A stretch of 27,068 nucleotides of DNA from Gammaproteobacteria bacterium. Its GTDB lineage: Bacteria > Pseudomonadota > Gammaproteobacteria > Steroidobacterales > Woeseiaceae. This document shows, one piece after another, positions 11,224-20,111 of this stretch; position 1 is the first letter of the stretch; every line of letters begins with the position of its first letter. Location of the stretch: positions 1 through 27,068 of the forward strand of contig QNFK01000001.1 in NCBI GenBank assembly GCA_003645495.1. The letters run 5' to 3'. The translations under genes were made by a program, and so were the position numbers. Under the pieces are notes generated by a model. The model had not been told where the DNA came from. It ran no database searches and saw only the letters and a program-made list of their open reading frames with translations.

Positions 11224-12093
11224 TCAATCCTGGGATTGCAGCGCATCCAGGAACTCGTGCCGCCATTGTTCAGCACTTTCGACCTGGTTGAAACAATAAA
11301 TGTGATGCCCGGCAATGTTATAGCTCGGGTCTGCTATGTAGGGCGCCAAATCTGCCAACAACTCATCGGGGCGGTAGGATTTTGACTTAAGCAAATTGGC
11401 CGCGATCTTGCCGCGGTTCTTCAGGTAACGCAGCGAATCACCAACACCAATACGCAAAGACGTCTTTACCAGTGTACTGCGATCGGCGACACCCGGTAGT
11501 CCAATCCAGGCGGGCAGCGTAACGCCGAGATCACGAATTTCGCGCAACCAGCCACCGAGGACTCTTGCATCGAAACACATTTGCGTTACCAGGTAGTTCG
11601 AGAACTCCTGTTTCTTGAGAAGATCTTTCATCAGCACATCCCGACTGATGCTCGGATGGCCTTCCGGATGCGACGCAACACCTATTTCCGACAATTTGTG
11701 ATCGAATTCGGAAATCGCACGTAGCAAGTCAAGTGCGCAGGAAAACTTGCCGATCGGTTTCGCTGCATCCCCACCAGGCACGAAGAGACTGATAATCGGC
11801 AGATCATCCAGGCGCTGCAAAATTTCCCGCAGGTGAGCATCGTCCCTGACCATTCTCGCGGCAACATGTGGCACAACCTTGAAGCCTCTTTGTGCAAGTC
11901 GCTCAACCATATCGAGGGTCACTTCGACACCTTTCGAGGGCGAACAGGTCACCGCGACGTATGACCCTGGCTCCAGCACGTCAAGCCTTGACTCAATGGA
12001 CGATGTTGGGAACACCTCCATATAAGCCTCTCGCACCGTATGCAGGAGCGTATTGTGTTCGGCTTTCGAAAGCGTTTTTTTCGTCGACAACAT
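11224..12093 (-). CDS. metF: Methylenetetrahydrofolate reductase family protein (289 aa)
   Basis: VPHVAAR, GVASHPEGHP, YLVTQMCFD, WIGLPG and HIYCFNQ match the MTHFR FAD barrel; the gene sits in a C1 cluster. Confidence 0.8.
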   Translation of the reverse strand: MLSTKKTLSKAEHNTLLHTVREAYMEVFPTSSIESRLDVLEPGSYVAVTCSPSKGVEVTLDMVERLAQRGFKVVPHVAARMVRDDAHLREILQRLDDLPIISLFVPGGDAAKPIGKFSCALDLLRAISEFDHKLSEIGVASHPEGHPSISRDVLMKDLLKKQEFSNYLVTQMCFDARVLGGWLREIRDLGVTLPAWIGLPGVADRSTLVKTSLRIGVGDSLRYLKNRGKIAANLLKSKSYRPDELLADLAPYIADPSYNIAGHHIYCFNQVESAEQWRHEFLDALQSQD

Positions 12094-12097
12094 ACCT

Positions 12098-14104
12098 TTA
12101 GCGTGCCCGTCTTTTTCTACCGCCGGTCGGCCTCACTTCTTTGTTGGCCGGAAGCTCGACAGTTCTGCTGAGCTCACCAAATTCGTCTGTCTGGTGTGGA
12201 ATGGTCATCGCGGCCACGAAGTGATCCTGGAACCCCTCGGCCACAGCGGTTTCGACTTTTTCAATTTGCCGAACCTGAGCTTCGATATGTGAGCGCGCAT
12301 TCCTGTCGAGAAGCGCAATTCGCGCGCCCGTGCCCGCTGCATTGCCTGCCGAGGAGACCTGTTCGATATCGCAATCCGGAATCAGGCCGAGCACCATTGC
12401 ATACTTGCCATCGATGTGTGCGCCGAATGCGCCAGCCAATCGAATTCGATCGACTTTGTCGACGCCGAACTGCTCCATCAACAACCGGGCACCAGCATAA
12501 AGCGCAGCTTTCGCAAGCTGAATGGCGCGCACATCATTTTGCGAAATATGGATTGTCGGTTGTCCATCGTGAAGTACATACGCAAAGGTTCGACCGTCTT
12601 CGATTATGCGTGCCGACCGCGAGCCAGCGTCGCCCAGTATTTTTCCGTTCTGATCGATGACGCCAGCCAGGTACATCTCGGCAACGACCTCTATAATGCC
12701 GGAACCACAAATGCCCGTGATCCCGGACGAGGAAACGTGTTCCGCGAAGAGCGGATCATCGGACCACAGATCACAGCCGATCACCTTGAATTTTGGCTCG
12801 AGCGTCTGACGATCGATGCGCACGCGTTCAATAGCGCCGGGCGCGGCACGCTGGCCTGCGCTGATCTGAGCGCCCTCGAATGCCGGACCGGTCGGGCTGG
12901 ATGCAGCGAGCAAGCGATCCCGGTTGCCGACAATTATTTCCGCGTTAGTGCCAATGTCGACAATGAGAGATACCTCATCACGATCGTAGGGCGATTCCGC
13001 GAGCAGCACACCGGCGCAATCAGCGCCAACGTGACCAGCGATGCAGGGCAGAGCGTAAACATGTCCACCCGGATTAATAGTGATACCGATATCTGTTGCA
13101 AGGACATCTACAGCTGCGTCGTTGGCTAACGCGAACGGTGCCGTGCCGAGCTCGACCGGATTAATACCCAGAACGAGGTGTTGCATGATCGGGTTGCCGA
13201 CCACGGTCATCTCCACCACATCGGTGGACTCGATTTGCGCCTGTGCAGACACGTCCGCCGCCAACTCACTGATCGCTTCGCGCACAGTTCGGATCAGATC
13301 GGCTTCTCCGCCAGGATTCATCATGATGTAAGACACACGGCTCATCAGATCTTCGCCAAATCGAATCTGCGGATTCATTTTGCCCGCACTCGCGAGAACA
13401 TCTCCGCTGGTCAGGTCGCAAAGATGCGCAGCGATTGTCGTCGAACCGACATCCACCGCTATTCCGTACAGTCGTTCCCTGAATCCCGGCCAAACCGCTA
13501 TGATCTGCTCACCATTTCTTATCGCGACCGTGACCTGCCAGGCTCCCGCACGCAAACAGGTCTGCAGAGTCTGGATGACATTGATTTCGCAGCGAAGGTT
13601 ATCGAGCTGCCATTCAGTTCTAAGTGCTGCCAGCAGACGTTGTAAATCGCCACTGGGGACATGCATATCCGGTTGCGCGACTTCCACGAAATAGGCGTGC
13701 ACGACCGGGTTGATGTCTATATCGTGAGCTTCGTGGTTTTTGCGAACAACCTGGTGGTGAACCTGCGAGCTGGCGGGAACATCGATAACCACATCTGCGC
13801 GAAGTGTTGCCTGGCAACTCAATCGACGGTTGTCTGCGAGGCCACGCCTCGACGCGAAACGTTGTTCGGCTTCGCCACGAGATGACAGGCTTTCAGCTTT
13901 GGAAACAATCTTGTGTTTGGCGAATTCCCCTTCGGACACTTCGACCTGGCACCTGCCGCAAATAGCCCGTCCTCCGCAGACCGAGTCCACGTCAACACCC
14001 AGTTTTTGTGCGGCATTGAGTACCGGGGTAGACAATGGAAATCGACCACGCTTCCCTGACGGCGAAAAGACCACCATTGCGTCATTTTTTGGCGGGTTAC
14101 TCAT
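12098..14104 (-). CDS. ASKHA-domain/[2Fe-2S] reductive activator of corrinoid enzymes (RACE/DUF4445 family, 668 aa)
   Basis: N-terminal ferredoxin CGGRAICGRC…RLSC, ASKHA motifs VDVGSTT and DIGTNAEI, TGPAFEGAQI, GICGSG, LAGAFG, GNAAGTGA. Confidence 0.93.
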   Translation of the reverse strand: MSNPPKNDAMVVFSPSGKRGRFPLSTPVLNAAQKLGVDVDSVCGGRAICGRCQVEVSEGEFAKHKIVSKAESLSSRGEAEQRFASRRGLADNRRLSCQATLRADVVIDVPASSQVHHQVVRKNHEAHDIDINPVVHAYFVEVAQPDMHVPSGDLQRLLAALRTEWQLDNLRCEINVIQTLQTCLRAGAWQVTVAIRNGEQIIAVWPGFRERLYGIAVDVGSTTIAAHLCDLTSGDVLASAGKMNPQIRFGEDLMSRVSYIMMNPGGEADLIRTVREAISELAADVSAQAQIESTDVVEMTVVGNPIMQHLVLGINPVELGTAPFALANDAAVDVLATDIGITINPGGHVYALPCIAGHVGADCAGVLLAESPYDRDEVSLIVDIGTNAEIIVGNRDRLLAASSPTGPAFEGAQISAGQRAAPGAIERVRIDRQTLEPKFKVIGCDLWSDDPLFAEHVSSSGITGICGSGIIEVVAEMYLAGVIDQNGKILGDAGSRSARIIEDGRTFAYVLHDGQPTIHISQNDVRAIQLAKAALYAGARLLMEQFGVDKVDRIRLAGAFGAHIDGKYAMVLGLIPDCDIEQVSSAGNAAGTGARIALLDRNARSHIEAQVRQIEKVETAVAEGFQDHFVAAMTIPHQTDEFGELSRTVELPANKEVRPTGGRKRRAR

Positions 14105-14115
14105 AGGAGAATCAG

Positions 14116-15024
14116 TTATCCACGAGTTGCTCGTCGACGGCGACCGCCCCTTCTGCCGCGGCGCACACTGCCTTCTGCGTCCGGGTCACGGTAAGCGGCG
14201 ATCCAATTCGCGCATTCAGCATCGTTGCCCATAACGACATTTGCTCCACGCACAGACTGCATAAGGTCACTGTGCAGCGGATTCGTAATTGCGGACGTCA
14301 GGCCACTCGCGATTGCCATACTAATGAACGCCGAATTCAACCCGTTACGATTAGGCAAACCGAAACTCAGGTTAGATGCGCCACAGGTTGTGTTGACCTT
14401 AAGTTCGGCACGTAACCGGCGAACGAGCTCCATGACCTGTTGTCCTGCACTGTTTATTGCTCCGATCGGCATTACCAGGGGATCGACGACAACGTCCTCA
14501 GCAGGAATGCCGTAATCAAGTGCGCGTTCCACTATTTTTTTGGCTACCGCAAATCGCACATTGATATCTTCGGATATGCCGGTGTCGTCATTTGATATTG
14601 CGATTACGGCGCAGCCGTGTTTCTTGACCAGGGGTAATACCTGCTCAAGTCTCTCTTCTTCACCGGTAACGGAATTCAACAGTGCTTTACCCTCATACGC
14701 GTCCAGTCCCGCCTCCAGCGCCGCGACAATGGATGAGTCAATGCACAAGGGAACATCGGTTATTGATTGTAATAGCTTGATGGACTTCGCCAGGATCGCC
14801 GGCTCGTCAGCCAGCGGTATACCCGCGTTAACGTCAAGAATCGTTGCCCCTGCGGCTACCTGTGCCAATGCATCTGCCTCCACGCGACTGTAGTCGCCGG
14901 CCTTCATTTCCTCAGCGAGTAATTTGCGCCCCGTCGGATTGATGCGCTCACCGATGACAGCAAACGGTTGCTCAAAACCGATGACCACTTCTCTACTTCG
15001 TGAGCTGATAACTGTTCTAGTCAT
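14116..15024 (-). CDS. Methyl-THF:corrinoid methyltransferase (pterin-binding, DHPS/MetH-like; MT2), 302 aa
   Basis: VIGERINPTGRK, ILDVNAG, PLCIDSS, LLNSVTGE, VVVDPLVMPIGA, CGASNLSFGLP. Confidence 0.92.
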   Translation of the reverse strand: MTRTVISSRSREVVIGFEQPFAVIGERINPTGRKLLAEEMKAGDYSRVEADALAQVAAGATILDVNAGIPLADEPAILAKSIKLLQSITDVPLCIDSSIVAALEAGLDAYEGKALLNSVTGEEERLEQVLPLVKKHGCAVIAISNDDTGISEDINVRFAVAKKIVERALDYGIPAEDVVVDPLVMPIGAINSAGQQVMELVRRLRAELKVNTTCGASNLSFGLPNRNGLNSAFISMAIASGLTSAITNPLHSDLMQSVRGANVVMGNDAECANWIAAYRDPDAEGSVRRGRRGGRRRRATRG

Positions 15025-15038
15025 TCTTTACTCCGTTT

Positions 15039-15356
15039 TCATTCTGCACGTTTTTGCGCTTCTTCAACCAGGCCGTCCGCTTTTACTACTGACTCCAGAA
15101 ATTCATCATCAAAAACACTCTCAAGCAAGGCAACTTTGCGTTCTACGAACTCCTCCAGGTTGCCGCTGACTTCCTCGGGCTCCCTGCGCCAGTCCGCAAG
15201 ATAGGCATCGCTGGAACCACGTCCGGCACGCATTGCCGCACGGTCAATCGCTTTCGCAAAACGCGGCGCCAACTCCTTTTTGGCCTTTTTTCGCCCTTCG
15301 CGACCGATAACCTGGGCCGGGATATCCCGCCAGTAGATGCAGATCAGTTTTGCCAT
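15039..15356 (-). CDS. Small conserved 'virulence factor' family protein (PF13769-like), usually found in corrinoid clusters (105 aa)
   Basis: IYWRDIPAQV…RFAKAIDRAAMRAG…DAYLADWRR signature. Confidence 0.8.
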   Translation of the reverse strand: MAKLICIYWRDIPAQVIGREGRKKAKKELAPRFAKAIDRAAMRAGRGSSDAYLADWRREPEEVSGNLEEFVERKVALLESVFDDEFLESVVKADGLVEEAQKRAE

Positions 15357-15973
15357 TGAATAACCTTTTCCAGTATTTCGCTCCCCACAGGTTCCAGGCC
15401 GGTGTGCACTCGCTCGTACTCGAGACCGAGGTAGTTGGCGTGCTGCTCTGCCAGCGCCGCCAGTTCCGGTGCGTCTGATTGCGACAAGTAGACCAGCCGC
15501 TTGTAATTGCCAAAATACATCGGCAGCAATTGCGGATGTTCGTCGATGCCAAGACCTGACTTGATCAGCCGGTCAAAGTGGCGCGTCAGGAAATCTGTCA
15601 GGTAGAAAGTGCCCATCTCTGCCTCAACCAGGTCGTGAAACACGGCTGCGCCGGAAAAAAACTCGTAACAGTGCGCTCCGGACAAACGTTCAATACCGTA
15701 CTCGGCCAGGACTTCGTCGAGCAAACCACCGGTTCCGCAATCAGCATAAGCAACAAATATCTGCTCGTACTGCCCGCGCTTGTCTTCAATTTCGGCGCGT
15801 ACCGCCGCCGGTATTTTCTCCGGCCTGTTGTGCAGATCCGCAGGCAGACATTGTATTTTCAGGTGCGACCAGTTATTGAGCCGCTTCAGTTCCACAATCT
15901 CCCGGGCCAGCGCACCACAGGCTATGACCAGTACTTGTGCTTTCACCGCTTGATTCCAATCTTTAGCCCGCAT
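15344..15973 (-). CDS. DUF1638 family protein (209 aa)
   Basis: VIACGALAREI, LHNRPEKI, VAYADCGTGG, GAHCYEF, GTFYLTDFL. Start placed at ATG 15973; GTG 15946 is also possible. The longer ORF extension overlaps the corrinoid gene. Confidence 0.85.
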   Translation of the reverse strand: MRAKDWNQAVKAQVLVIACGALAREIVELKRLNNWSHLKIQCLPADLHNRPEKIPAAVRAEIEDKRGQYEQIFVAYADCGTGGLLDEVLAEYGIERLSGAHCYEFFSGAAVFHDLVEAEMGTFYLTDFLTRHFDRLIKSGLGIDEHPQLLPMYFGNYKRLVYLSQSDAPELAALAEQHANYLGLEYERVHTGLEPVGSEILEKVIQWQN

Positions 15974-16679
15974 TTGCCGAGGCGGCTCTCTGCTCACCCA
16001 CCAGTTTCTTGGCAACCTCCACTGCCGTCGCTGCGTCCCGGCAATAGGCATCAGCACCGACCGCTTTGCCGAATTCATCATTTAACGGTGCCCCGCCGAC
16101 CATAACAATGTAGTCATCGCGCAGTCCTTGCTCTTTAAGAGTATCGATGACGACTTTCATGTAGGGCATCGTCGTTGTCAGCAGTGCTGACATGCCGAGA
16201 ATATTCGGTTTATGCGTTTTTAGCGCCTCGATGTAAGTATCGGCATCCGTATTAATTCCGAGATCGATAACTTCAAATCCTGCTCCCTCCATCATCATGC
16301 CAACAAGATTCTTGCCAATGTCGTGAATATCACCCTTGACGGTACCTATCACCATCTTGCCGACTGGCTCCACGCCGGATTCGGCCAGGATCGGCTGCAG
16401 TATCGCCATACCTGCTTTCATGCTGTTGGCGGCAAGCAGAACCTCCGGGACGAAAAGTATGCCATCACGAAAATCTTTTCCTACGATGTTCATGCCGCCA
16501 ACGAGCGCCTCATCCAGCACCTTTTTCGCATCCCAGCCACGGTCAAGCAGAATTTGCGTGCCCTCCGCAATCTCGTCGGCGAGGCCGTCGTAAAGATCGT
16601 CGTGTATTTGCTCGGTGAGCTCGCTATCGGAAAGCTCCGCCAGAACAATATCTTCGTTTTCCTCAATTTCCTGCGACAT
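15963..16679 (-). CDS. Corrinoid (B12-binding) methyl-carrier protein, MtbC/MttC/MetH cap plus B12 domain (238 aa)
   Basis: FVPEVLLAANSMKAG cap region, GTVKGDIHDIGKNLV (DxHxxG), GMSALLTTTM, MVGGAP. Start placed at the second Met. Confidence 0.95.
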   Translation of the reverse strand: MSQEIEENEDIVLAELSDSELTEQIHDDLYDGLADEIAEGTQILLDRGWDAKKVLDEALVGGMNIVGKDFRDGILFVPEVLLAANSMKAGMAILQPILAESGVEPVGKMVIGTVKGDIHDIGKNLVGMMMEGAGFEVIDLGINTDADTYIEALKTHKPNILGMSALLTTTMPYMKVVIDTLKEQGLRDDYIVMVGGAPLNDEFGKAVGADAYCRDAATAVEVAKKLVGEQRAASANAG

Positions 16680-16753
16680 ATGCAATTTCCACTATGATTA
16701 AGAAATTCGGAAAATATGCTTAACGGCTGCAAGCCGAAGCACATTTCCTGTGT

Positions 16754-18346
16754 TTACCATCGTCCGTTACCGGGCCTCATATCTTCAGCTTTAAGCTGTA
16801 TTGGAAAGCGATCGCGGATTCTCTTGTCAGCCGCCGGGTCAATATAAGTCGGGTAATGGCTCGCCAACATTTCCCCGACTTGCTCATGAGCCTGTTCGTA
16901 GAGCGTCTTGCAGCCCATCTCTTCCCAGGCGCCCGGTGTGAGCCGGTCTGCAACTTCCGGATAGAGGTATTCGCTCTGCATCAGCTCAAGCGTCTGCTGA
17001 CTTCCGAGGTAATGGCCTGCGCCAAATACCGTTTCGTTAATAATGTCATACGATAAGGTCTCATCCGTTACCTCGATGCCGCGCAGCACCCGCTGAATGT
17101 TCCCGATCATGTCATTGTCGATAATCATACCTTCGAATGACTGGCCGATGAGGCTACCGACGACTCCCGGATACGCAGCGAGCAAATTCGCGCCAGCGAG
17201 GGCAGCGGTCATAACTGTAATCGCCTTTTCATAGCCTGCCTGCACATCCATCGTTTTCGCATCTGTCATGCCGGCGCCGACACTGGTCGTAAACCCGTAG
17301 TGATTACACAGTTGTACTGTCGCGGCGGTAATCAGTGCTTCCTCGCCACTACCTCCCGAGAATGCACCAGTTCGCAAATCCGAGATAAAGGGCCACATGC
17401 CAAAGTTAATCGCCGCACCTGGCCGGATGAGGTTTACGATCGCGAGGCAGGCCAGGGTCTCTGCAAAGCACTGCACCAGGGTGCCCGCAAGCGCTGCGGG
17501 TGACGTCGCACCCGCTTGTGGCGCGACTGCAATATCCGCCACAAGCCCGAGTTCTGCAATCTTGACGAGAACCTCGGCGTTATCTTTGCCAAAGCGCAGC
17601 GGCGACACAATTGGACAACCGCCAAACGTGCAAAACGGCCGTTTCAGGAAGCCACCATCCTCACCGAGGTACGCGTCGAAGAGGGAGATTATGGGCTCGA
17701 TGTGATCGACCTCGGCAATGCCCAGCGCAAACGACTTGCTGGTACCCGCGAGTTCCGCGTACGCGATGTTTATATCGTGAACAAAAACATTTTCACTGTA
17801 TTCCGCCGCGATAAACGGCTGGCCAAAACTGTGAATGTGCTCGAGCTGATCGGCCAGCCGCGCCGCATCATACAGGTCGGTGAGCCTGGTCGGTCGAAAT
17901 TTCTGTGTTTCGAAATCGAGAATCGTGACCGCTTCACCCGATGTGCAAAAAAGAACGTCTTGTCCCCGGACCGTAAGATCGTGTTTTGGATCCGGCGCAA
18001 AAAGCGGGTACTCGTTGGCTGATTGGGCGATGAGGTCTTCAACCAGCGCACGCGGAAAACGCAGGCGATTGTCGTCGCCAAGAACGCATCCTTTAGGCAG
18101 CACATGATGCAGAATCTCCGCTATTGGGTCGCCGATTCCGATGTTTTCGAGAATATCGAGCGCGGTCGCGTGAATCCGCTGTATATCGGCGTCGCTCAAA
18201 GGCCGATAGTTGCCCCCGGGCAGACCTGGATGTACAGCGCTAGACGCCGGACCGTTGGTCCTGGCAGCACGGCGCGTAGCGCTACCGCCCCCGCGCCTGG
18301 TACGACCTGATTTCTGCCGTTGTCGAGAGATTCTCGCCTCCTGCAA
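16754..18346 (-). CDS. MttB superfamily methyltransferase, non-pyrrolysine, paralog 3 (~525-530 aa; start uncertain)
   Basis: PTRLTDLYDAARLAD, CPIVSPLRFG, PQAGATSPAALAGTLVQ, WPFISDLRTGAFSGGSGE, DVQAGYEK. Start is TTG 18346 or ATC 18331; the ORF-track ATG at 18457 looks too far upstream. Confidence 0.9.
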   Translation of the reverse strand: MQEARISRQRQKSGRTRRGGGSATRRAARTNGPASSAVHPGLPGGNYRPLSDADIQRIHATALDILENIGIGDPIAEILHHVLPKGCVLGDDNRLRFPRALVEDLIAQSANEYPLFAPDPKHDLTVRGQDVLFCTSGEAVTILDFETQKFRPTRLTDLYDAARLADQLEHIHSFGQPFIAAEYSENVFVHDINIAYAELAGTSKSFALGIAEVDHIEPIISLFDAYLGEDGGFLKRPFCTFGGCPIVSPLRFGKDNAEVLVKIAELGLVADIAVAPQAGATSPAALAGTLVQCFAETLACLAIVNLIRPGAAINFGMWPFISDLRTGAFSGGSGEEALITAATVQLCNHYGFTTSVGAGMTDAKTMDVQAGYEKAITVMTAALAGANLLAAYPGVVGSLIGQSFEGMIIDNDMIGNIQRVLRGIEVTDETLSYDIINETVFGAGHYLGSQQTLELMQSEYLYPEVADRLTPGAWEEMGCKTLYEQAHEQVGEMLASHYPTYIDPAADKRIRDRFPIQLKAEDMRPGNGRW

Positions 18347-18453
18347 TGTCTTCTGACTGGTTAGTTCGGAGATGTGTCGGACAGATGACGCATGAATCTT
18401 TGAATTAATTAGGAATTTTAACGGATCCGCTGCTTCAGGAACCAGAGGAAAAT

Positions 18454-18483
18454 CCATAATATGAAATAGATTTCATTATATGG
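18454..18483. promoter_or_regulatory. AT-rich imperfect palindrome (CCATAATATGAAAT-ag-ATTTCATTATATGG), candidate transcription-factor operator
   Basis: 14-bp arms with 2 mismatches, in the low-GC gap between MttB paralogs 4 and 3. Confidence 0.5.
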
Positions 18484-18512
18484 AACGAGCTTGTGCGGGC
18501 ATAGCCAACTGC

Positions 18513-20060
18513 TTACCAGCGACCATTGTCCTTTTGCATGTCAGCCTGCCTGATCTCAATGGGAAATCGATCGCGTATCTTCCGGTCGATCGCCGCATCA
18601 ATGTACTCCGGGTAATGCGAAGACATAATTTCCCTGACCCGGGCAGCGGCCTGCTCACGAATGTCCAGTGACCCGCCCTCCTGCCACTGGTTCGGTGGCA
18701 GGCGGTCCGCAAGATCGGGATACTCGTACTCGGATCGCATAAGTTCGAGGGTCTGGGCCTGCCGCAGGAAATGCCCTTCTCCCCGAACGGCACTCTCGAT
18801 GACTTCCACTGAAAGCGTTTGCTCGTTGACTTCAATGCCGCGCACGGTGCGTAACACCGTCCCCAGCATGTCGTTATCAATCACGAGCGACTCCATCGAC
18901 AGGCCCATCAGACTGCCCATCATGCCAGCCGATTCCGAGACATTATTGCAGCCGCTTAGCGCCGCCAGAGTGACCGCGATTGCCTTTTCGTAGCCAGCCT
19001 GATTGTCGGGTAACTTGGCGTCGCTCATGCCGGCGCCAACTGAGCTCACCAGCCCGTAGAAATTGGTGACCTGTGCTGCTGCGGCACTGACCAGTGCCTC
19101 TTCGCCGCCACCGCCGGTGAAACTGCCGCTGCGCAGGTCGGAGACGAATGGCCACGGCCCCACAATAACCGGATATTTCGGCACCACCAGGTTGATCATC
19201 AGCAGGCTTGCCAGTGCCTCGGCCATCACCTGGACTACAGTGCCGGCCAGTGCTGCGGGTGCCGTCGCGCCCGCCTGGGGCGCAACTACAATCCAGACCG
19301 GGGCGCCGAATTTGGTTGATTCGATGCAAACTTCGGCGTTATCCGCGCCATAGCGAAGCGGCGATATGACCGGGCAGCCCCCGCCATGGCAAAAAGGTCG
19401 CTCGTGAAAGTTTTTCTTACCACCAGCGATCATGTAGAGCATCTCGAGCGTCGGTTCTACATTCTTCGCATCACCGAAAGTCAGGGCCGTGTGCTTTGCG
19501 GTGCCAGCGACACTCGCATAAGCGGTATTGATATCGCATTCGAGCCGGTTGTTCATGTCGGTAGCGACGATCAGGCGAGAGAATGCGTGGATATTGTCGA
19601 GCCTGTCCACCAGTCGGGCGACATCATAGACATCCAGCAATGTCGAGGGCCGATAAGTCGATGCACCAACGTCCAGCATTGTTACGGCCTCACCACCACC
19701 GTAAGTATGCACACGTTGATCGCCGAGATGCAGATCAAAGCGCGGCTCGCGTCCACAGAACCGCAGCTCGTGAGCGGTTTCGGCGATGATGTCTTCCACG
19801 AGTGCCCGGGGGAAACAGAGCCGGCCGTGCTTATCAATCTTGCAGCCTTTCTTGAGTGCGTGTTCCTTTAATACCGGAATCGGATCGGCCATACCGATGT
19901 TTTCCAGTACATCGAGTACAGCATGATGAATACTTTGAATCTCGGCATCAGTCAGTGGCTTGTAAGTACCGCCCGACAGCCCGGGCGCAACCGCCGACTG
20001 TTGCGGTGGACTTTCTCTGCGCGCCTGCCTTCCCCGCCGCATGCTGCCTCTCCTGTTCAT
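18513..20060 (-). CDS. MttB superfamily methyltransferase, non-pyrrolysine, paralog 4 (515 aa)
   Basis: PSTLLDVYDVARLVD, CPVISPLRYG, PQAGATAPAALAGTVVQ, WPFVSDLRSGSFTGGGGE, DNQAGYEK. Close tandem paralog of the previous gene; both end in NGRW. Confidence 0.93.
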   Translation of the reverse strand: MNRRGSMRRGRQARRESPPQQSAVAPGLSGGTYKPLTDAEIQSIHHAVLDVLENIGMADPIPVLKEHALKKGCKIDKHGRLCFPRALVEDIIAETAHELRFCGREPRFDLHLGDQRVHTYGGGEAVTMLDVGASTYRPSTLLDVYDVARLVDRLDNIHAFSRLIVATDMNNRLECDINTAYASVAGTAKHTALTFGDAKNVEPTLEMLYMIAGGKKNFHERPFCHGGGCPVISPLRYGADNAEVCIESTKFGAPVWIVVAPQAGATAPAALAGTVVQVMAEALASLLMINLVVPKYPVIVGPWPFVSDLRSGSFTGGGGEEALVSAAAAQVTNFYGLVSSVGAGMSDAKLPDNQAGYEKAIAVTLAALSGCNNVSESAGMMGSLMGLSMESLVIDNDMLGTVLRTVRGIEVNEQTLSVEVIESAVRGEGHFLRQAQTLELMRSEYEYPDLADRLPPNQWQEGGSLDIREQAAARVREIMSSHYPEYIDAAIDRKIRDRFPIEIRQADMQKDNGRW

Positions 20061-20063
20061 CGT
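20050..20063. repeat. 14-bp direct repeat, copy 1 (CTCCTGTTCATCGT), spanning the start codon of MttB paralog 4
   Basis: Identical to 20528-20541. Confidence 0.7.
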
Positions 20064-20111
20064 TTATTCCCTGCAACGTAATGATTGGCCTGATGACCCA
20101 ACTGTAGCGAG

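Noticed and set aside
8137-20060. Pyrrolysine recoding in the MttB genes
   Set aside because: All four frames are uninterrupted, with no in-frame TAG and no pyl genes in the window.
11175-20060. Arg-rich N-termini of MttB2, MttB3 and MttB4 as Tat signals
   Set aside because: No hydrophobic h-region follows, and equivalent tails occur at C-termini of other cluster proteins.
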